Source: Bacillales bacterium
Lineage (GTDB): Bacteria > Bacillota > Bacilli > Paenibacillales > CANHCR01
DNA length: 64,000 bases
Assembly: GCA_947459205.1 (NCBI GenBank)
Contig: CANHCR010000004.1
Coordinates: 26,053 to 90,052 of the forward strand
Direction of reading: 5' to 3'
Shown in pieces: positions 54,249 to 64,000 of this stretch. Both the position numbers and the translations under genes were made by a program. The notes under the pieces were generated by a model. That model was not told the DNA's origin and made no database searches. It saw only the letters and a list, made by a program, of their open reading frames with translations. Numbering within the stretch: the stretch's first letter is position 1; each line of letters opens with the position of its first letter.

Positions 54249-56330
54249 TTATTTTAAAGCGTCTTTATGTGAAAGTTCGATTTTGCCTTGATCATCAATT
54301 TTAATGACTTTCACAGTCAGTACTTGTCCCATTTCTACGACATCTGCTGTCTTTGCATTGCGGTCCTCAGTCAAATTACGAAGACGGCACAAAGCTTGTT
54401 TGCCCGGTAAAAATTCAACGAAGCAGCCAAAATCTTGGATTCCCATGACTTTACCACTATAAATCTCACCGACTGCAACTTCTTTAACGATTCCCTCAAT
54501 AATTCCACGTGCGCGTTCATTCGCTTCATGATCAGTCGAGGCAATAAATACGCGGCCATCCTGCTGGATGTCAATTTTCACGCCGGTATCCTCGATAATT
54601 TTATTGATGACTTTACCACCTGTACCGATGACATCACGAATTTTATCAGGGTTGATTTGGATGGTGACAATCTTCGGTGCATAAGGTGAAAGTGTTTCGC
54701 GAGGCTTATTGATTCGCGATAGCATTTTTCCTAAGATGTGCAGTCTGCCGATGCGCGCTTGTTCCAATGCCTGCTGTAAAATCGAGCGATTGATGCCGTC
54801 AATTTTGATATCCATTTGTACAGCAGTTACACCCTTATCAGTTCCAGCAACTTTGAAATCCATGTCGCCGAGATGATCCTCCATGCCTTGGATGTCGGAT
54901 AAGATAGAGAATTGTTCTCCATCTTTAATCAATCCCATTGCGATGCCGGCAACCGGCGCTTTGATCGGCACACCTGCATCCATTAATGCAAGTATGCTGG
55001 CACAGATGGACGCTTGAGAACTTGAGCCGTTTGACTCCAAAACCTCAGATACGAGGCGGATTGTGTAAGGGAAGTCCACTTCGTCAGGGATGACGGCTTC
55101 AATCGCCCGTTCACCCAACGCACCGTGTCCGATTTCTCGTCTGCCCGGCGGACGAAGCGGGCGTGCTTCGCCGACGCTAAACGGCGGGAAATTATAATGA
55201 TGCATGAAACGTTTGGTCTCTTCAAGACCGAGTCCGTCGAGAATTTGCACATCGCCAAGCGCACCTAGTGTACAAACGCTTAGTGCCTGTGTTTGTCCGC
55301 GTGTAAACAAACCAGATCCGTGTGTACGCGGCAATAACGATGTATCACATTCAATCGGACGGATTTCAGAAAGTCCGCGACCGTCAGGACGTACTTTATC
55401 ATGCGTAATCAAACGGCGCACTTCTTCTTTGACAATATCGTACAATACTTCTTTGACACCTTTCATCAATTCAGGCTTGTCCGCATATTGTTGAGTGAAA
55501 TGGGCGACTGCATTCGCTTGAATTTCATCGATTGCATCTTGGCGCGCCTGTTTTTCGACAATTTTCACAGCATTAACGAGGTCTCCTTGGCAGTACGAAC
55601 GAACAGTTTCGTCGACTGTGTGATCCACCTCATGCAGTTTCACTGCCATCTTCTCTTTACCGCATAGAGCGACAAGTTGCTCTTGTGTAGCAACGATGTT
55701 TTTGATTTCGTCGTGACCGAACATGATTGCTTCCAAAATGACATCCTCTGGCAATTGATTCGCCTCGGCTTCAACCATCATGATGGCATCTTTGGTACCT
55801 GCGACGACGAGTTTTAACTCGCTCACTTCTGCTTGTGCCACGGTTGGGTTAATAATAAATTCGCCGTCTACGCGTCCTACAACAACACCACCAACTGGGC
55901 CATTAAATGGCACGTCACTGATTGAAAGTGCAGCCGAAGTGCCGATGAGCGCAGCGATTTCTGAAGAGCAATCTTGATCGACGGACATCACAATGTTTAC
56001 GATTTGTACATCATTACGAAATCCTTCTGGAAACAACGGACGAATCGGTCGGTCGGTCAAACGGCTAGCAAGAATCGCTTTCTCGCTCGGTCGACCTTCA
56101 CGCTTAATAAAGCCACCCGGTATTTTACCAACTGCATAAAGTCTTTCCTCATAGTTGACAGTCAGCGGAAAAAAATCTAAATCCTTCGGATCTTTCGATG
56201 CGGTTACGGTACATAAGACGACGGTGTCGCCATAACGGACAGTCACTGCGCCATTGGCAAGCTTAGCAATTTGACCTGTTTCAATTACAAACGGGCGCCC
56301 TGCTAAGTTCATTTCTACACGTTGCTGCAT
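54249..56330 (-). CDS. pnp: Polyribonucleotide nucleotidyltransferase (PNPase)
   Basis: The ATG at 56330 follows AAAGGAGGA. Two RNase PH domains, KH ([10 protein letters not shown]) and S1 (G.V..I.DFG.FVE) domains. Confidence 0.95.
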   Translation of the reverse strand: MQQRVEMNLAGRPFVIETGQIAKLANGAVTVRYGDTVVLCTVTASKDPKDLDFFPLTVNYEERLYAVGKIPGGFIKREGRPSEKAILASRLTDRPIRPLFPEGFRNDVQIVNIVMSVDQDCSSEIAALIGTSAALSISDVPFNGPVGGVVVGRVDGEFIINPTVAQAEVSELKLVVAGTKDAIMMVEAEANQLPEDVILEAIMFGHDEIKNIVATQEQLVALCGKEKMAVKLHEVDHTVDETVRSYCQGDLVNAVKIVEKQARQDAIDEIQANAVAHFTQQYADKPELMKGVKEVLYDIVKEEVRRLITHDKVRPDGRGLSEIRPIECDTSLLPRTHGSGLFTRGQTQALSVCTLGALGDVQILDGLGLEETKRFMHHYNFPPFSVGEARPLRPPGRREIGHGALGERAIEAVIPDEVDFPYTIRLVSEVLESNGSSSQASICASILALMDAGVPIKAPVAGIAMGLIKDGEQFSILSDIQGMEDHLGDMDFKVAGTDKGVTAVQMDIKIDGINRSILQQALEQARIGRLHILGKMLSRINKPRETLSPYAPKIVTIQINPDKIRDVIGTGGKVINKIIEDTGVKIDIQQDGRVFIASTDHEANERARGIIEGIVKEVAVGEIYSGKVMGIQDFGCFVEFLPGKQALCRLRNLTEDRNAKTADVVEMGQVLTVKVIKIDDQGKIELSHKDALK

Positions 56331-56365
56331 GTGAATCCTCCTTTGTCCTTGCTTAAAATAACGAT

Positions 56366-56440
56366 ATACAATAAAAGCAACTAAGTGTACGGTGTAGGCA
56401 GCCGATTTGCTGACCCATGCACAAGCCACTCAGTTGCTTT
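56366..56440 (-). terminator. Long hairpin plus U-tract between rpsO and pnp (terminator/attenuator or processing site)
   Basis: Minus strand AAAGCAACTGAGTG ... CACTTAGTTGCTTT (about 13-14 bp closing stem) followed by TATTG-rich T sequence. It occupies the position of the known rpsO-pnp regulatory hairpin. Confidence 0.55.
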
Positions 56441-56463
56441 ACATGTTTTGTTAACAGCGAATG

Positions 56464-56733
56464 TTAACGACGAAGACCAAGTTTATCAACGAGCGTACGG
56501 TAACGAGTGATGTCTTTATTTTTCAAATAAGACAACAAGTTACGACGTTGACCAACCATTTTGAGCAATCCGCGACGAGAATGATGATCTTTCTTGTGCG
56601 TGCGCAAGTGGCTGTTCAGGTTGTTGATGTTTTCGGTAAGGATAGCAATTTGAACTTCAGGAGAACCGGTGTCAGATTCATGCACCTTATATTGCTCGAT
56701 TAGTTCTTGTTTGCGTTCTTGTGTAAGCGCCAT
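56464..56733 (-). CDS. rpsO: 30S ribosomal protein S15
   Basis: (M)[15 protein letters not shown]...[39 protein letters not shown]. Confidence 0.95.
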   Translation of the reverse strand: MALTQERKQELIEQYKVHESDTGSPEVQIAILTENINNLNSHLRTHKKDHHSRRGLLKMVGQRRNLLSYLKNKDITRYRTLVDKLGLRR

Positions 56734-56822
56734 CCTTATCACCTCCTTGTATTATATTGAATCCCCGGCAGCTGAGAAGTTCGTCGGAGTGTCGAAAATC
56801 CAAGCTACGGTTCACCTCGAAT

Positions 56823-56851
56823 AGTATAACAAATCGATTTTATAAAGTAAA
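56823..56851 (-). promoter_or_regulatory. Candidate sigma-A promoter for rpsO, with a roughly 85-nt structured leader
   Basis: On the minus strand: TTTACT, 17 nt, TATACT. The leader may hold an S15 autoregulatory structure (not verified). Confidence 0.45.
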
Positions 56852-56858
56852 CTAAGCT

Positions 56859-57794
56859 TTATGATTCCACTGAAAATATTTGACGAGTCTGTTCAATATC
56901 ACGATGAATTTGTGCAATCAACTGATCCACACCGTTAAACTTTTGCTCCGTTCGTAAAAACTGAACGAGCTCAATCGACATCGTGTCATTGTATAAATCA
57001 CCATCAAAATCTAGCAAATGAACTTCAACATTTGCGACTACCGGTTCTACAAGAAAAGTTGGTCGCACACCGATATTAACAACTGCTGGATAACGACTGC
57101 CATTAACGCTAGCATATACAGCATACACGCCAAGTTTTGGAAAGATATAACTTCCATCCAGTTCAAGGTTCGCGGTCGGGAATCCGATTTTCCTCCCTCT
57201 CCCATCACCGTGACGCACGACACCAATCAAATCGTAATGTCTCCCAAGAAGAGCGGGTATGGAAGCGACATCCCCCTCAGCAAGCAACTGACGTATCCTC
57301 GTACTGCTTACTTTTTCAGTGGCAAAGAGATGAGGTTCGACGACTTGTACTGAAAACGAAAGCGATTTTGCATTCCGCAATAATTCGGCATTCCCTTTCC
57401 CGCGATGGCCAAACGTAAAATCAAAGCCGATGACCACCGTATGCAGGTTCATTGAATATAGAATTTCGTTGATAAATTGTTCTGGCGATATAGCAGCGAA
57501 CGTCTCATCAAATGAAACAACATACAAGTAATCGACATCTAATCCAGCAAGCAATTGTAGTTTGTGCGGGAATGGCGTCAACAAACATTCATATTTTTGT
57601 TGCCCTAACACTTCGCGTGGATGCGGATCGAAAGTCATAATTGCCGAAGCGACTCCTGCTTCGCGAGCAGTATTCACCGCTTGTCCAATCACTTTACGAT
57701 GCCCAAGATGGACTCCGTCAAAGTCTCCGATTGCTAACACTTGTGCTGGATAATCTGTTTTTTGAAATGGATATTGTAACCGTATCAGTTGCAA
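56859..57794 (-). CDS. ribF: Bifunctional riboflavin kinase / FMN adenylyltransferase
   Basis: 311 aa with GDFDGVHLGH and the C-terminal kinase motif GFPTANL...E.H.LDF. TTG start. Confidence 0.9.
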   Translation of the reverse strand: MQLIRLQYPFQKTDYPAQVLAIGDFDGVHLGHRKVIGQAVNTAREAGVASAIMTFDPHPREVLGQQKYECLLTPFPHKLQLLAGLDVDYLYVVSFDETFAAISPEQFINEILYSMNLHTVVIGFDFTFGHRGKGNAELLRNAKSLSFSVQVVEPHLFATEKVSSTRIRQLLAEGDVASIPALLGRHYDLIGVVRHGDGRGRKIGFPTANLELDGSYIFPKLGVYAVYASVNGSRYPAVVNIGVRPTFLVEPVVANVEVHLLDFDGDLYNDTMSIELVQFLRTEQKFNGVDQLIAQIHRDIEQTRQIFSVES

Positions 57795-57822
57795 ATGTAT
57801 CTCACACCTAACTCATTAAGGG

Positions 57823-58743
57823 TCATGCTTGTGACCATATTTTATGGGGAACGAGTTGCTCTCGTTGATTGTTCCAAGTCAGCACTCCGATGAATGAGCC
57901 GCGTTCATCATAGCCGCGGACAATATTTCCATCCGCGAACTGATGTGAAGCAGCATATTCAACACTTAATCCGCAACGCAATTGTCTGCTTTTTTGTTCA
58001 TCAAAATGACATGCAGGATAATGCTGAATCGCTATATCGGCAGAGATGATGTGTTGATGCAGATCAGCGGCCTGATGCAATCTCTCGATTTCCTCTAGGT
58101 GTACAGCTTGTGAAAGTGTAAATCCACCAGATGAAGTACGTATCAAGTTTGACATCACAGCTGGGTAACCAAGGGATTTCCCGATATCTGAGCACAACGT
58201 GCGGATGTACGTGCCTTTCGAGCAAAGAACACGAACCGTGATTACAGGATATCCTTCATCGCTCACACTTCGCCCGAGAAAGGCTAAACGATAAATGTTG
58301 ACCGTACGAGCTGGACGTTCAATTTCCACTCCAGCACGAGCGAGTTGATACAGTTTCTGCCCATTCACTTTGACAGCAGAATACATCGGCGGAATTTGAG
58401 AAATCTCGCCTATATATTTTGACAACGCACCCTTGATTTGATCGTCATCCAGACTCAAATGTAACGGCTCAACCTTATCTACAATAACGCCACTAATATC
58501 CTCGGTGTCTGTAGAAAAACCTACAGTAAGTTGCGCCTCATATTCTTTCGGCAAATCCTGCACATATTCTGCGACGCGAGTTGCACGACCTAAACAAACC
58601 GGTAATACACCTGTAACCAGCGGATCAAGCGTCCCTGTATGTCCAATCCGTTTCAGCCCTAAAATTCGCCGCAGCTTTGCAACCACATCATGAGATGTGT
58701 AGTTTTCAGGTTTATGAACGGGCAGTATCCCTTCATAACTCAT
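57823..58743 (-). CDS. truB: tRNA pseudouridine-55 synthase
   Basis: GILPVHKP...TSHDVV..LRR......GHTGTLDP catalytic Asp motif. The start overlaps the upstream stop. Confidence 0.95.
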   Translation of the reverse strand: MSYEGILPVHKPENYTSHDVVAKLRRILGLKRIGHTGTLDPLVTGVLPVCLGRATRVAEYVQDLPKEYEAQLTVGFSTDTEDISGVIVDKVEPLHLSLDDDQIKGALSKYIGEISQIPPMYSAVKVNGQKLYQLARAGVEIERPARTVNIYRLAFLGRSVSDEGYPVITVRVLCSKGTYIRTLCSDIGKSLGYPAVMSNLIRTSSGGFTLSQAVHLEEIERLHQAADLHQHIISADIAIQHYPACHFDEQKSRQLRCGLSVEYAASHQFADGNIVRGYDERGSFIGVLTWNNQREQLVPHKIWSQA

Positions 58744-59729
58744 AGGAGCGCCTTCTCACAGGCACTAACGACACGTGCGATTACCTCGTGCAAATCACCC
58801 TCAACCGTGCAACCAGCAGCACGAATATGACCACCGCCACCAAATAAAGCAGCGACTTGCGAGACGTTGACAAAGTCATTTGAGCGCAAACTTACTTTAA
58901 ATGAACGTTCAGACAATTGTTTAAAAAGCAAACCAACCTCTACGCCGCTAATGTTGACCGGATAACGTACAATGCCATCCAAGTCATCAGCAGTTGCACC
59001 AGTTAGCATTAAATCGTTCGCAGAGGCGATGATCCATGCTATTTTTTTTGAATCGTGAAATGACAGTGTATTTAATGAACATTGTAGCATCGCAACATGT
59101 GAAGGCGTAATGGTCTCGAGTGCAATGCGCGCAATTTCAGTCGGACTTACTCCGTGCGATAGTAATACGGAAGCAATCTCCAACACTTTCGGTGTTGTAT
59201 TCTGGTAGCGAAATCCACCAGTGTCAGTTAGCAGTCCAGTGTATAAACATTTAGCGATATCGAGATCAAGTTCAATATTCATATAGTTGATTAATGAATA
59301 CATCACTTGAGCGGTAGCAGCGGCAGTGACGTCGACTAAATTGCTAGAACCAAAATGACTGTTCGTCGCATGATGGTCAACGTTCAATAATTTTGCTTGT
59401 TCGTGAAACACAGTATTCAATTCACCGAAACGATAAAAATCAGCACAATCAACAGAAATCACATGGTTAAATGGTTCGTATTTTTGTAATCCCTGCAGAA
59501 GTTGGACGTTCTCAATTCCGGTCAAATAAGAAAAACGCGTCGGCATAGTATCCATATTCGCCATCACATACCGTTTTCCTAACTTGTTTAACAACCACCC
59601 CATCGCGCAGGTGGAACTCGCCGCATCACCATCTGGATTGATATGAGAAATAACAAGAAAATCATCGTTCAATTCAATGAATCGTTTTGCTTCCTCTAAT
59701 GAAGAATTAAGCGATTGCGTCGACTCCAT
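58740..59729 (-). CDS. DHH/DHHA1 phosphoesterase (NrnA-like oligoribonuclease/pAp phosphatase)
   Basis: HINPDGDA, DHH (VDHH) and DHHA1 GGGH motifs. Inserted between rbfA and truB. Confidence 0.8.
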   Translation of the reverse strand: MESTQSLNSSLEEAKRFIELNDDFLVISHINPDGDAASSTCAMGWLLNKLGKRYVMANMDTMPTRFSYLTGIENVQLLQGLQKYEPFNHVISVDCADFYRFGELNTVFHEQAKLLNVDHHATNSHFGSSNLVDVTAAATAQVMYSLINYMNIELDLDIAKCLYTGLLTDTGGFRYQNTTPKVLEIASVLLSHGVSPTEIARIALETITPSHVAMLQCSLNTLSFHDSKKIAWIIASANDLMLTGATADDLDGIVRYPVNISGVEVGLLFKQLSERSFKVSLRSNDFVNVSQVAALFGGGGHIRAAGCTVEGDLHEVIARVVSACEKALL

Positions 59730-60079
59730 TATTTTTTCTCCTCGTTGATCCGATTCAAGATTTGCTCGATTTTTTGACCATAATCAATCGATGAATCGAT
59801 TTTGAAAAGCAGTTCAGGGATTTGGCGGATACGAATTTTCTTCCCTAATTCCGAACGCAAAAAACCAGCTGCACTTGCCAATGCTTTCAGCGAATCGTTG
59901 CGTTTTTCCTCATCACCAAACACACTTACGTAGACTTTGGCTTGTGAAAAATCATTTGTTACTTCAACGCCAGTCACAGTGACAAAACCAATCCGCGGAT
60001 CTTTCAATCCTGACTGTAACATATAACTCAGTTCTTTTTTAATTTCTTCTGCTACTCGGTTAACTCTTATTTTTGCCAT
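59729..60079 (-). CDS. rbfA: Ribosome-binding factor A
   Basis: The ATG at 60079 follows GAGAGGTGA. (M)AKIRVNRVAEEIKKELS...DPR.GFVTVT.VEV..D...AKVY. Confidence 0.95.
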   Translation of the reverse strand: MAKIRVNRVAEEIKKELSYMLQSGLKDPRIGFVTVTGVEVTNDFSQAKVYVSVFGDEEKRNDSLKALASAAGFLRSELGKKIRIRQIPELLFKIDSSIDYGQKIEQILNRINEEKK

Positions 60080-60084
60080 CGGGA

Positions 60085-62490
60085 TCACCTCTCTACGGTT
60101 TCCATTACAAACGCCTCGATGACGTCTCCTTCTTTAATGTCATCATACTTCTCAAGCGAAATCCCGCACTCGTAACCTTGTGCAACTTCTTTCACGTCAT
60201 CCTTAAAACGTTTGAGGGAATCGATTTTTCCTTCGAAAACGACGATACCGTTACGCACGAGACGTACTTCGGCGGAACGGATAATTTTTCCGTTCGTCAC
60301 CATACAACCGGCAATCGTACCGATTTTACTAATTTTGAAAATATTACGCACTTCGACTTGACCGATCACCACTTCTTTGTACTCAGGATCAAGCATGCCT
60401 TTCATTGCTGCTTCAATCTCTTCGATTACTTTATAAATGATGCGGTGCAAGCGAATGTCTACTTTCTCCTGTTCGGCTGTTACAAGCGCAGCAGGTTCAG
60501 GACGTACATTGAACCCAATGATAATCGCATTCGATGCGGATGCCAAAATGATATCGGACTCGGTAACCGCACCAACGCCTTGATGTAGTATTTTGACGCG
60601 CACGCCTTCAACTTCGATTTTCTCGAGTGATCCTTTGAGTGCCTCGACTGAACCTTGAACATCACCTTTAATAATGACGTTTAGATCTTTCATTTCTCCA
60701 TCTTTAATGTGCTTATAAAGATCATCAAGCGTGACGCGTACATTGGCGCCCATCGCAGATTGACGCAATTTTACAGCACGATTATCAGCAATTTGACGCG
60801 CCTTACGCTCGTCTTCGAAGACAATGAACGGATCGCCCGCTAGTGGCACTTCGGTCAGACCAGTAATCTCGATTGGAGTCGATGGACCGGCTTCTTTGAT
60901 GCGACGCCCCTTATCATTTACCATGGCACGAACGCGCCCGAAACATACACCAGCAACGAAAGCATCACCAACTTTTAATGTTCCGTTCTGAATCAGAATC
61001 CGCGCCACCGGACCGCGACCCTTGTCAAGTTCGGCCTCAATCACCGTACCTCTAGCACGTTTGTTCGGATTCGCACGTAGCTCTTGTACTTCAGCGACAA
61101 GCAAAATCATCTCGAGTAAATCTTCAAGACCCATACGTTGTTTTGCGGAAATGTTAACGAAAATGTTTTCGCCGCCCCACTCCTCAGGTACAAGTCCGTA
61201 TTCCGTTAATTCTTGCTTAATCTTGTCAGGATTTGCGTCGGGTTTGTCAATTTTATTAACAGCAACAATAATCGGAACATTGGCAGCTTTCGCATGACTA
61301 ATCGCTTCTACTGTTTGTGGCATAACGCCGTCATCCGCTGCAACAACAAGAATTGTAATATCGGTTACCTTTGCACCGCGCGCACGCATCGTGGTGAATG
61401 CAGCATGGCCCGGCGTATCAAGAAACGTGATTTTCTTGCTCTTGATTTCCACTTGATATGCACCGATATGCTGGGTAATACCGCCTGCTTCGCCTTCCGT
61501 CACGTTCGTGTGGCGGATCGCATCTAGCAACGTTGTTTTACCATGGTCTACGTGTCCCATGATTGTTACGACTGGCGGTCGTTCGAGCAAATCTTCTTGT
61601 TCGTCCTTCTCTTCGATGGTTTCAAAATTATCTTCTTCGACAGGAATTCTGAAATCAACTTCGACGTTAAAGTCTTGAGCGACCAATCCGATTGCTTCAA
61701 GTTCAAGTTCCTGATTGATTGTAGCCATTACACCTAAGAAGAGCAATTTCTTGATGACTTCGGATGACTCCTTGTGCATTGCACGCGCAAGTTCACCAAC
61801 TGTCATTGTGCCACGGACAATGATTTTCTTTGGCGATGTATCAACTTTTTCTTTTTTCGGAGGCTCTGGTTGGAAGTACCTGCCTTTCCCGTGTTGCGGG
61901 CGTTTTAAAGGTGCGCTTTGACCTTTATTTTTATTATCTTCAAAGCGCTTATTGTTTGCCTTGTTCTTCTTGAAGTTACCGCGTTGACCATCTGGCTGAA
62001 TGGTACCTACAAGTTCTTCTATCTTGCTATTTTTCTCAAGACGTTGCTCGATCGATTTATCAACTGAAGATGCAGCTGAATTCGTCAATTCTGAGCTTGA
62101 ACGTAAATCTAATTTTGCTTTTGGCGGTTGGTTCTTTTGTTGTTGTTGTTTTTGTTCGTGGTTCTGCGCTTTCGGCTGTTGCGCTTGTGTTTGAGCATTT
62201 TGAGTTGGCGAAGGACTATTTGACGCTTCAGTAGCACTCGTCGTCGCTGCAGGTGCAGGTTGTGCTTGCGGAGCAGGTTTCGCCGGAGTTGCAGGTCGCC
62301 CCGTAGCGTTCGCACGTATGTTAGCGAAATACTGTTCGACTTTTTGCACCATCTCATCTTCCATGACACTCATATGATTTTTAATAGGGATATTCATACG
62401 ATTCAAAATCGTGATGATCTCTTTGCTGTTCATCCCCAATTGATTCGCATAATCATATACTCTAAATTTATTATCCTTTTCTTTTTTCAA
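60085..62490 (-). CDS. infB: Translation initiation factor IF-2
   Basis: The TTG at 62490 follows GAGGTGGA. N-terminal ..[17 protein letters not shown], a Q/P/A-rich linker, G-domain [12 protein letters not shown] / DTPGH / NKID. Confidence 0.95.
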   Translation of the reverse strand: MKKEKDNKFRVYDYANQLGMNSKEIITILNRMNIPIKNHMSVMEDEMVQKVEQYFANIRANATGRPATPAKPAPQAQPAPAATTSATEASNSPSPTQNAQTQAQQPKAQNHEQKQQQQKNQPPKAKLDLRSSSELTNSAASSVDKSIEQRLEKNSKIEELVGTIQPDGQRGNFKKNKANNKRFEDNKNKGQSAPLKRPQHGKGRYFQPEPPKKEKVDTSPKKIIVRGTMTVGELARAMHKESSEVIKKLLFLGVMATINQELELEAIGLVAQDFNVEVDFRIPVEEDNFETIEEKDEQEDLLERPPVVTIMGHVDHGKTTLLDAIRHTNVTEGEAGGITQHIGAYQVEIKSKKITFLDTPGHAAFTTMRARGAKVTDITILVVAADDGVMPQTVEAISHAKAANVPIIVAVNKIDKPDANPDKIKQELTEYGLVPEEWGGENIFVNISAKQRMGLEDLLEMILLVAEVQELRANPNKRARGTVIEAELDKGRGPVARILIQNGTLKVGDAFVAGVCFGRVRAMVNDKGRRIKEAGPSTPIEITGLTEVPLAGDPFIVFEDERKARQIADNRAVKLRQSAMGANVRVTLDDLYKHIKDGEMKDLNVIIKGDVQGSVEALKGSLEKIEVEGVRVKILHQGVGAVTESDIILASASNAIIIGFNVRPEPAALVTAEQEKVDIRLHRIIYKVIEEIEAAMKGMLDPEYKEVVIGQVEVRNIFKISKIGTIAGCMVTNGKIIRSAEVRLVRNGIVVFEGKIDSLKRFKDDVKEVAQGYECGISLEKYDDIKEGDVIEAFVMETVER

Positions 62491-62809
62491 TATGATCCAC
62501 CTCATTTTCTGTATCAAGCCATTTCGACATGGACTTGGCAAACCCCTCATCAATAACCGCTATCGATACGCGCGCTTCTTTGCCGATGCAACGACCTAGT
62601 GTTGCACGATCGGAAATCTGATGAAGTTTAACATGATAATACGAACATTTATCGTTCATTTTTTTGAATGTAGCGTCAGAAGCATCATTCGCAAGCATCA
62701 CCAATTTTGCCTGTTCACTACGTACGGCCTGTAATACTGCATCTTCACCGTGTTTGATTTTTCCAGCACGCATTGCAAGCCCAAGCAATGAACATAACTT
62801 TTCATGCAT
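62471..62809 (-). CDS. ylxQ: YlxQ (L7Ae-family RNA-binding protein)
   Basis: [16 protein letters not shown]7Ae pattern. Conserved position between ylxR and infB. Overlaps the infB start by 20 nt. Confidence 0.85.
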   Translation of the reverse strand: MHEKLCSLLGLAMRAGKIKHGEDAVLQAVRSEQAKLVMLANDASDATFKKMNDKCSYYHVKLHQISDRATLGRCIGKEARVSIAVIDEGFAKSMSKWLDTENEVDHIEKRKG

Positions 62810-63080
62810 TGTCCATCACCTTTTTTATTTGTTGTTCCAACAGTTCATACAGTTCGGGTGTCACGGTTGTATTCAAAGCACGTTCTAAACCTCTTGATTT
62901 GCGAGTATGCCGAAAGCAATCGGCACTGCCACACATATAGGCGCCACGTCCAGGCTTTTTGCCTGTCAAATCAACGGTAACTTCACCTTCTGGAGAGCGA
63001 ACAATTCGAATCAGTGTTTTCTTGCCTAGCATCTCCTGACAACCGATGCATTTACGCAAAGGAACTTTCCGTTCTTTCAT
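62802..63080 (-). CDS. ylxR: YlxR/RnpM (DUF448 RNA-binding protein)
   Basis: PLRKCIGCQEM..K..LIRIVR......VD.TGK.PGRGAY.C: the hallmark DUF448 sequence. Confidence 0.85.
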   Translation of the reverse strand: MKERKVPLRKCIGCQEMLGKKTLIRIVRSPEGEVTVDLTGKKPGRGAYMCGSADCFRHTRKSRGLERALNTTVTPELYELLEQQIKKVMDNA

Positions 63081-63081
63081 T

Positions 63082-64000
63082 TCAGTTCAATTCCTCTTCT
63101 GCTTGTGATTCACTCTTAATGTCGATTTTCCAACCCGTAAGTTTGGCTGCTAGGCGAGCATTCTGCCCTTTAATCCCAATTGCTAGTGACAGTTGATTAT
63201 CAGGAACAATGACGCGCGCCATTTTTTCATCTTCGTAAATTGTGACACTGACAACTTTGGAAGGACTGAGTGAGTTTGCAACGTACACTCTAATATCATC
63301 TGAATAACGTACGATATCGATTTTTTCGCCGCGCAGCTCGTTCACTATGTTTTGTACGCGCAACCCTTTTGGTCCAACACATGAACCAACGGGATCAACT
63401 TCGACTTGATGTGAGTGAACTGCTATTTTCGAACGTTGGCCTGCTTCGCGCGCGACTGACATAATTTGCACGATGCCACTATTGATCTCTGGTACCTCAA
63501 GTTCGAATAGACGTTTTAACAAACCAGGGTGAGATCGAGAAAGTGAAATTTGCGGACCTTTCGACAAATTATCAACTTTGGTAATGTAAACCTTAACGTA
63601 ATCGCCCTGCTTGAGTTGATCTTGCGGTAGAAGTTCAGTAAACGGCAAAACGCCATCGACTTTACCAAGTTCAATATAAAAATTTCGAGCATCTTGACGT
63701 TGAATAACGCCAGTCAATATTTCGTCCTCTCGATCGATAAAATCATTGTAGATCATATCACGCTCTGCCTCGCGTAGTTTTTGCGTGATCACTTGCTTCG
63801 CGGTTTGCACAGCAATACGACCTAAATTTTCGGGCGCGACTTCCTCTTCGTACATATCACCAATTTCATAATTCTCGTTCAAATCACGTGCTCTCGCTAA
63901 AGAAATTTCGTTATTCGGGCTTGTAACTTCCTCTACGACTAATTTCTTAGCAAATACTTGAATGAGTCCCGTCGTACGGTCAATCGTCACACGGACGTTT
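63082..64000 (-). CDS. nusA: Transcription termination/antitermination factor NusA (5' end outside the window)
   Basis: S1 and two KH domains (GVLP..E....E........V.V...D, GPKG.RVQ, AIG..GQNARLAAKLTGWKIDIKS). The frame is open to the window edge. Confidence 0.9.
   Translation of the reverse strand, partial: NVRVTIDRTTGLIQVFAKKLVVEEVTSPNNEISLARARDLNENYEIGDMYEEEVAPENLGRIAVQTAKQVITQKLREAERDMIYNDFIDREDEILTGVIQRQDARNFYIELGKVDGVLPFTELLPQDQLKQGDYVKVYITKVDNLSKGPQISLSRSHPGLLKRLFELEVPEINSGIVQIMSVAREAGQRSKIAVHSHQVEVDPVGSCVGPKGLRVQNIVNELRGEKIDIVRYSDDIRVYVANSLSPSKVVSVTIYEDEKMARVIVPDNQLSLAIGIKGQNARLAAKLTGWKIDIKSESQAEEELN

Overview
The window looks like chromosomal DNA from an endospore-forming Bacillales-type Firmicute. 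Sporulation genes are present (spoVS, dipicolinate synthase spoVFA/B, a SleB-like cortex hydrolase, YlxY-type deacetylase). By eye it is moderately AT-rich, with strong GGAGG-type Shine-Dalgarno (SD) sites and many TTG/GTG starts. I found no rRNA, tRNA, CRISPR array, transposase or integrase.

About 22.7-64 kb is one long minus-strand housekeeping block. It is colinear with the B. subtilis nusA-to-ymcA region: nusA-ylxR-ylxQ-infB-rbfA-(DHH/NrnA-like)-truB-ribF-rpsO-pnp-ylxY-mlpA-dut-spoVFAB-asd-dapA-rnj-ftsK-sleB-like-ymfF/H/I/J/K-rodZ-yajQ-rimO-pgsA-cinA-recA-recX-rny-ymdB-spoVS-(M19 dipeptidase)-korAB-pduL-miaB-ymcA.

The left third (0-22.7 kb) is more variable. It holds a DegV 3' end, recG, a HAD hydrolase, type I pullulanase and an orphan OmpR-type response regulator. 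It also holds a cysTWA sulfate ABC transporter with two divergent paralogous sulfate-binding proteins, both promoter regions carrying CymR-like operators. Further right are a stalk-domain secreted protein, an ankyrin-repeat/esterase fusion, a PilZ protein and three unknown proteins. Then come an unusually fused two-gene 2-oxoacid:ferredoxin oxidoreductase, a translationally coupled sirtuin/CstR-like pair, and a small NarL-type two-component system.

I see no recognisable defence system or mobile element. The best candidates for something undescribed are the ankyrin-esterase fusion, the gamma-delta/alpha-beta oxidoreductase operon with its trailing small acidic ORF and iron-box-like leader, the sirtuin-CstR coupling, and the unknown genes at 14.9-16.4 kb.

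All product calls rest on motifs and gene order recalled from memory. No database search was run.
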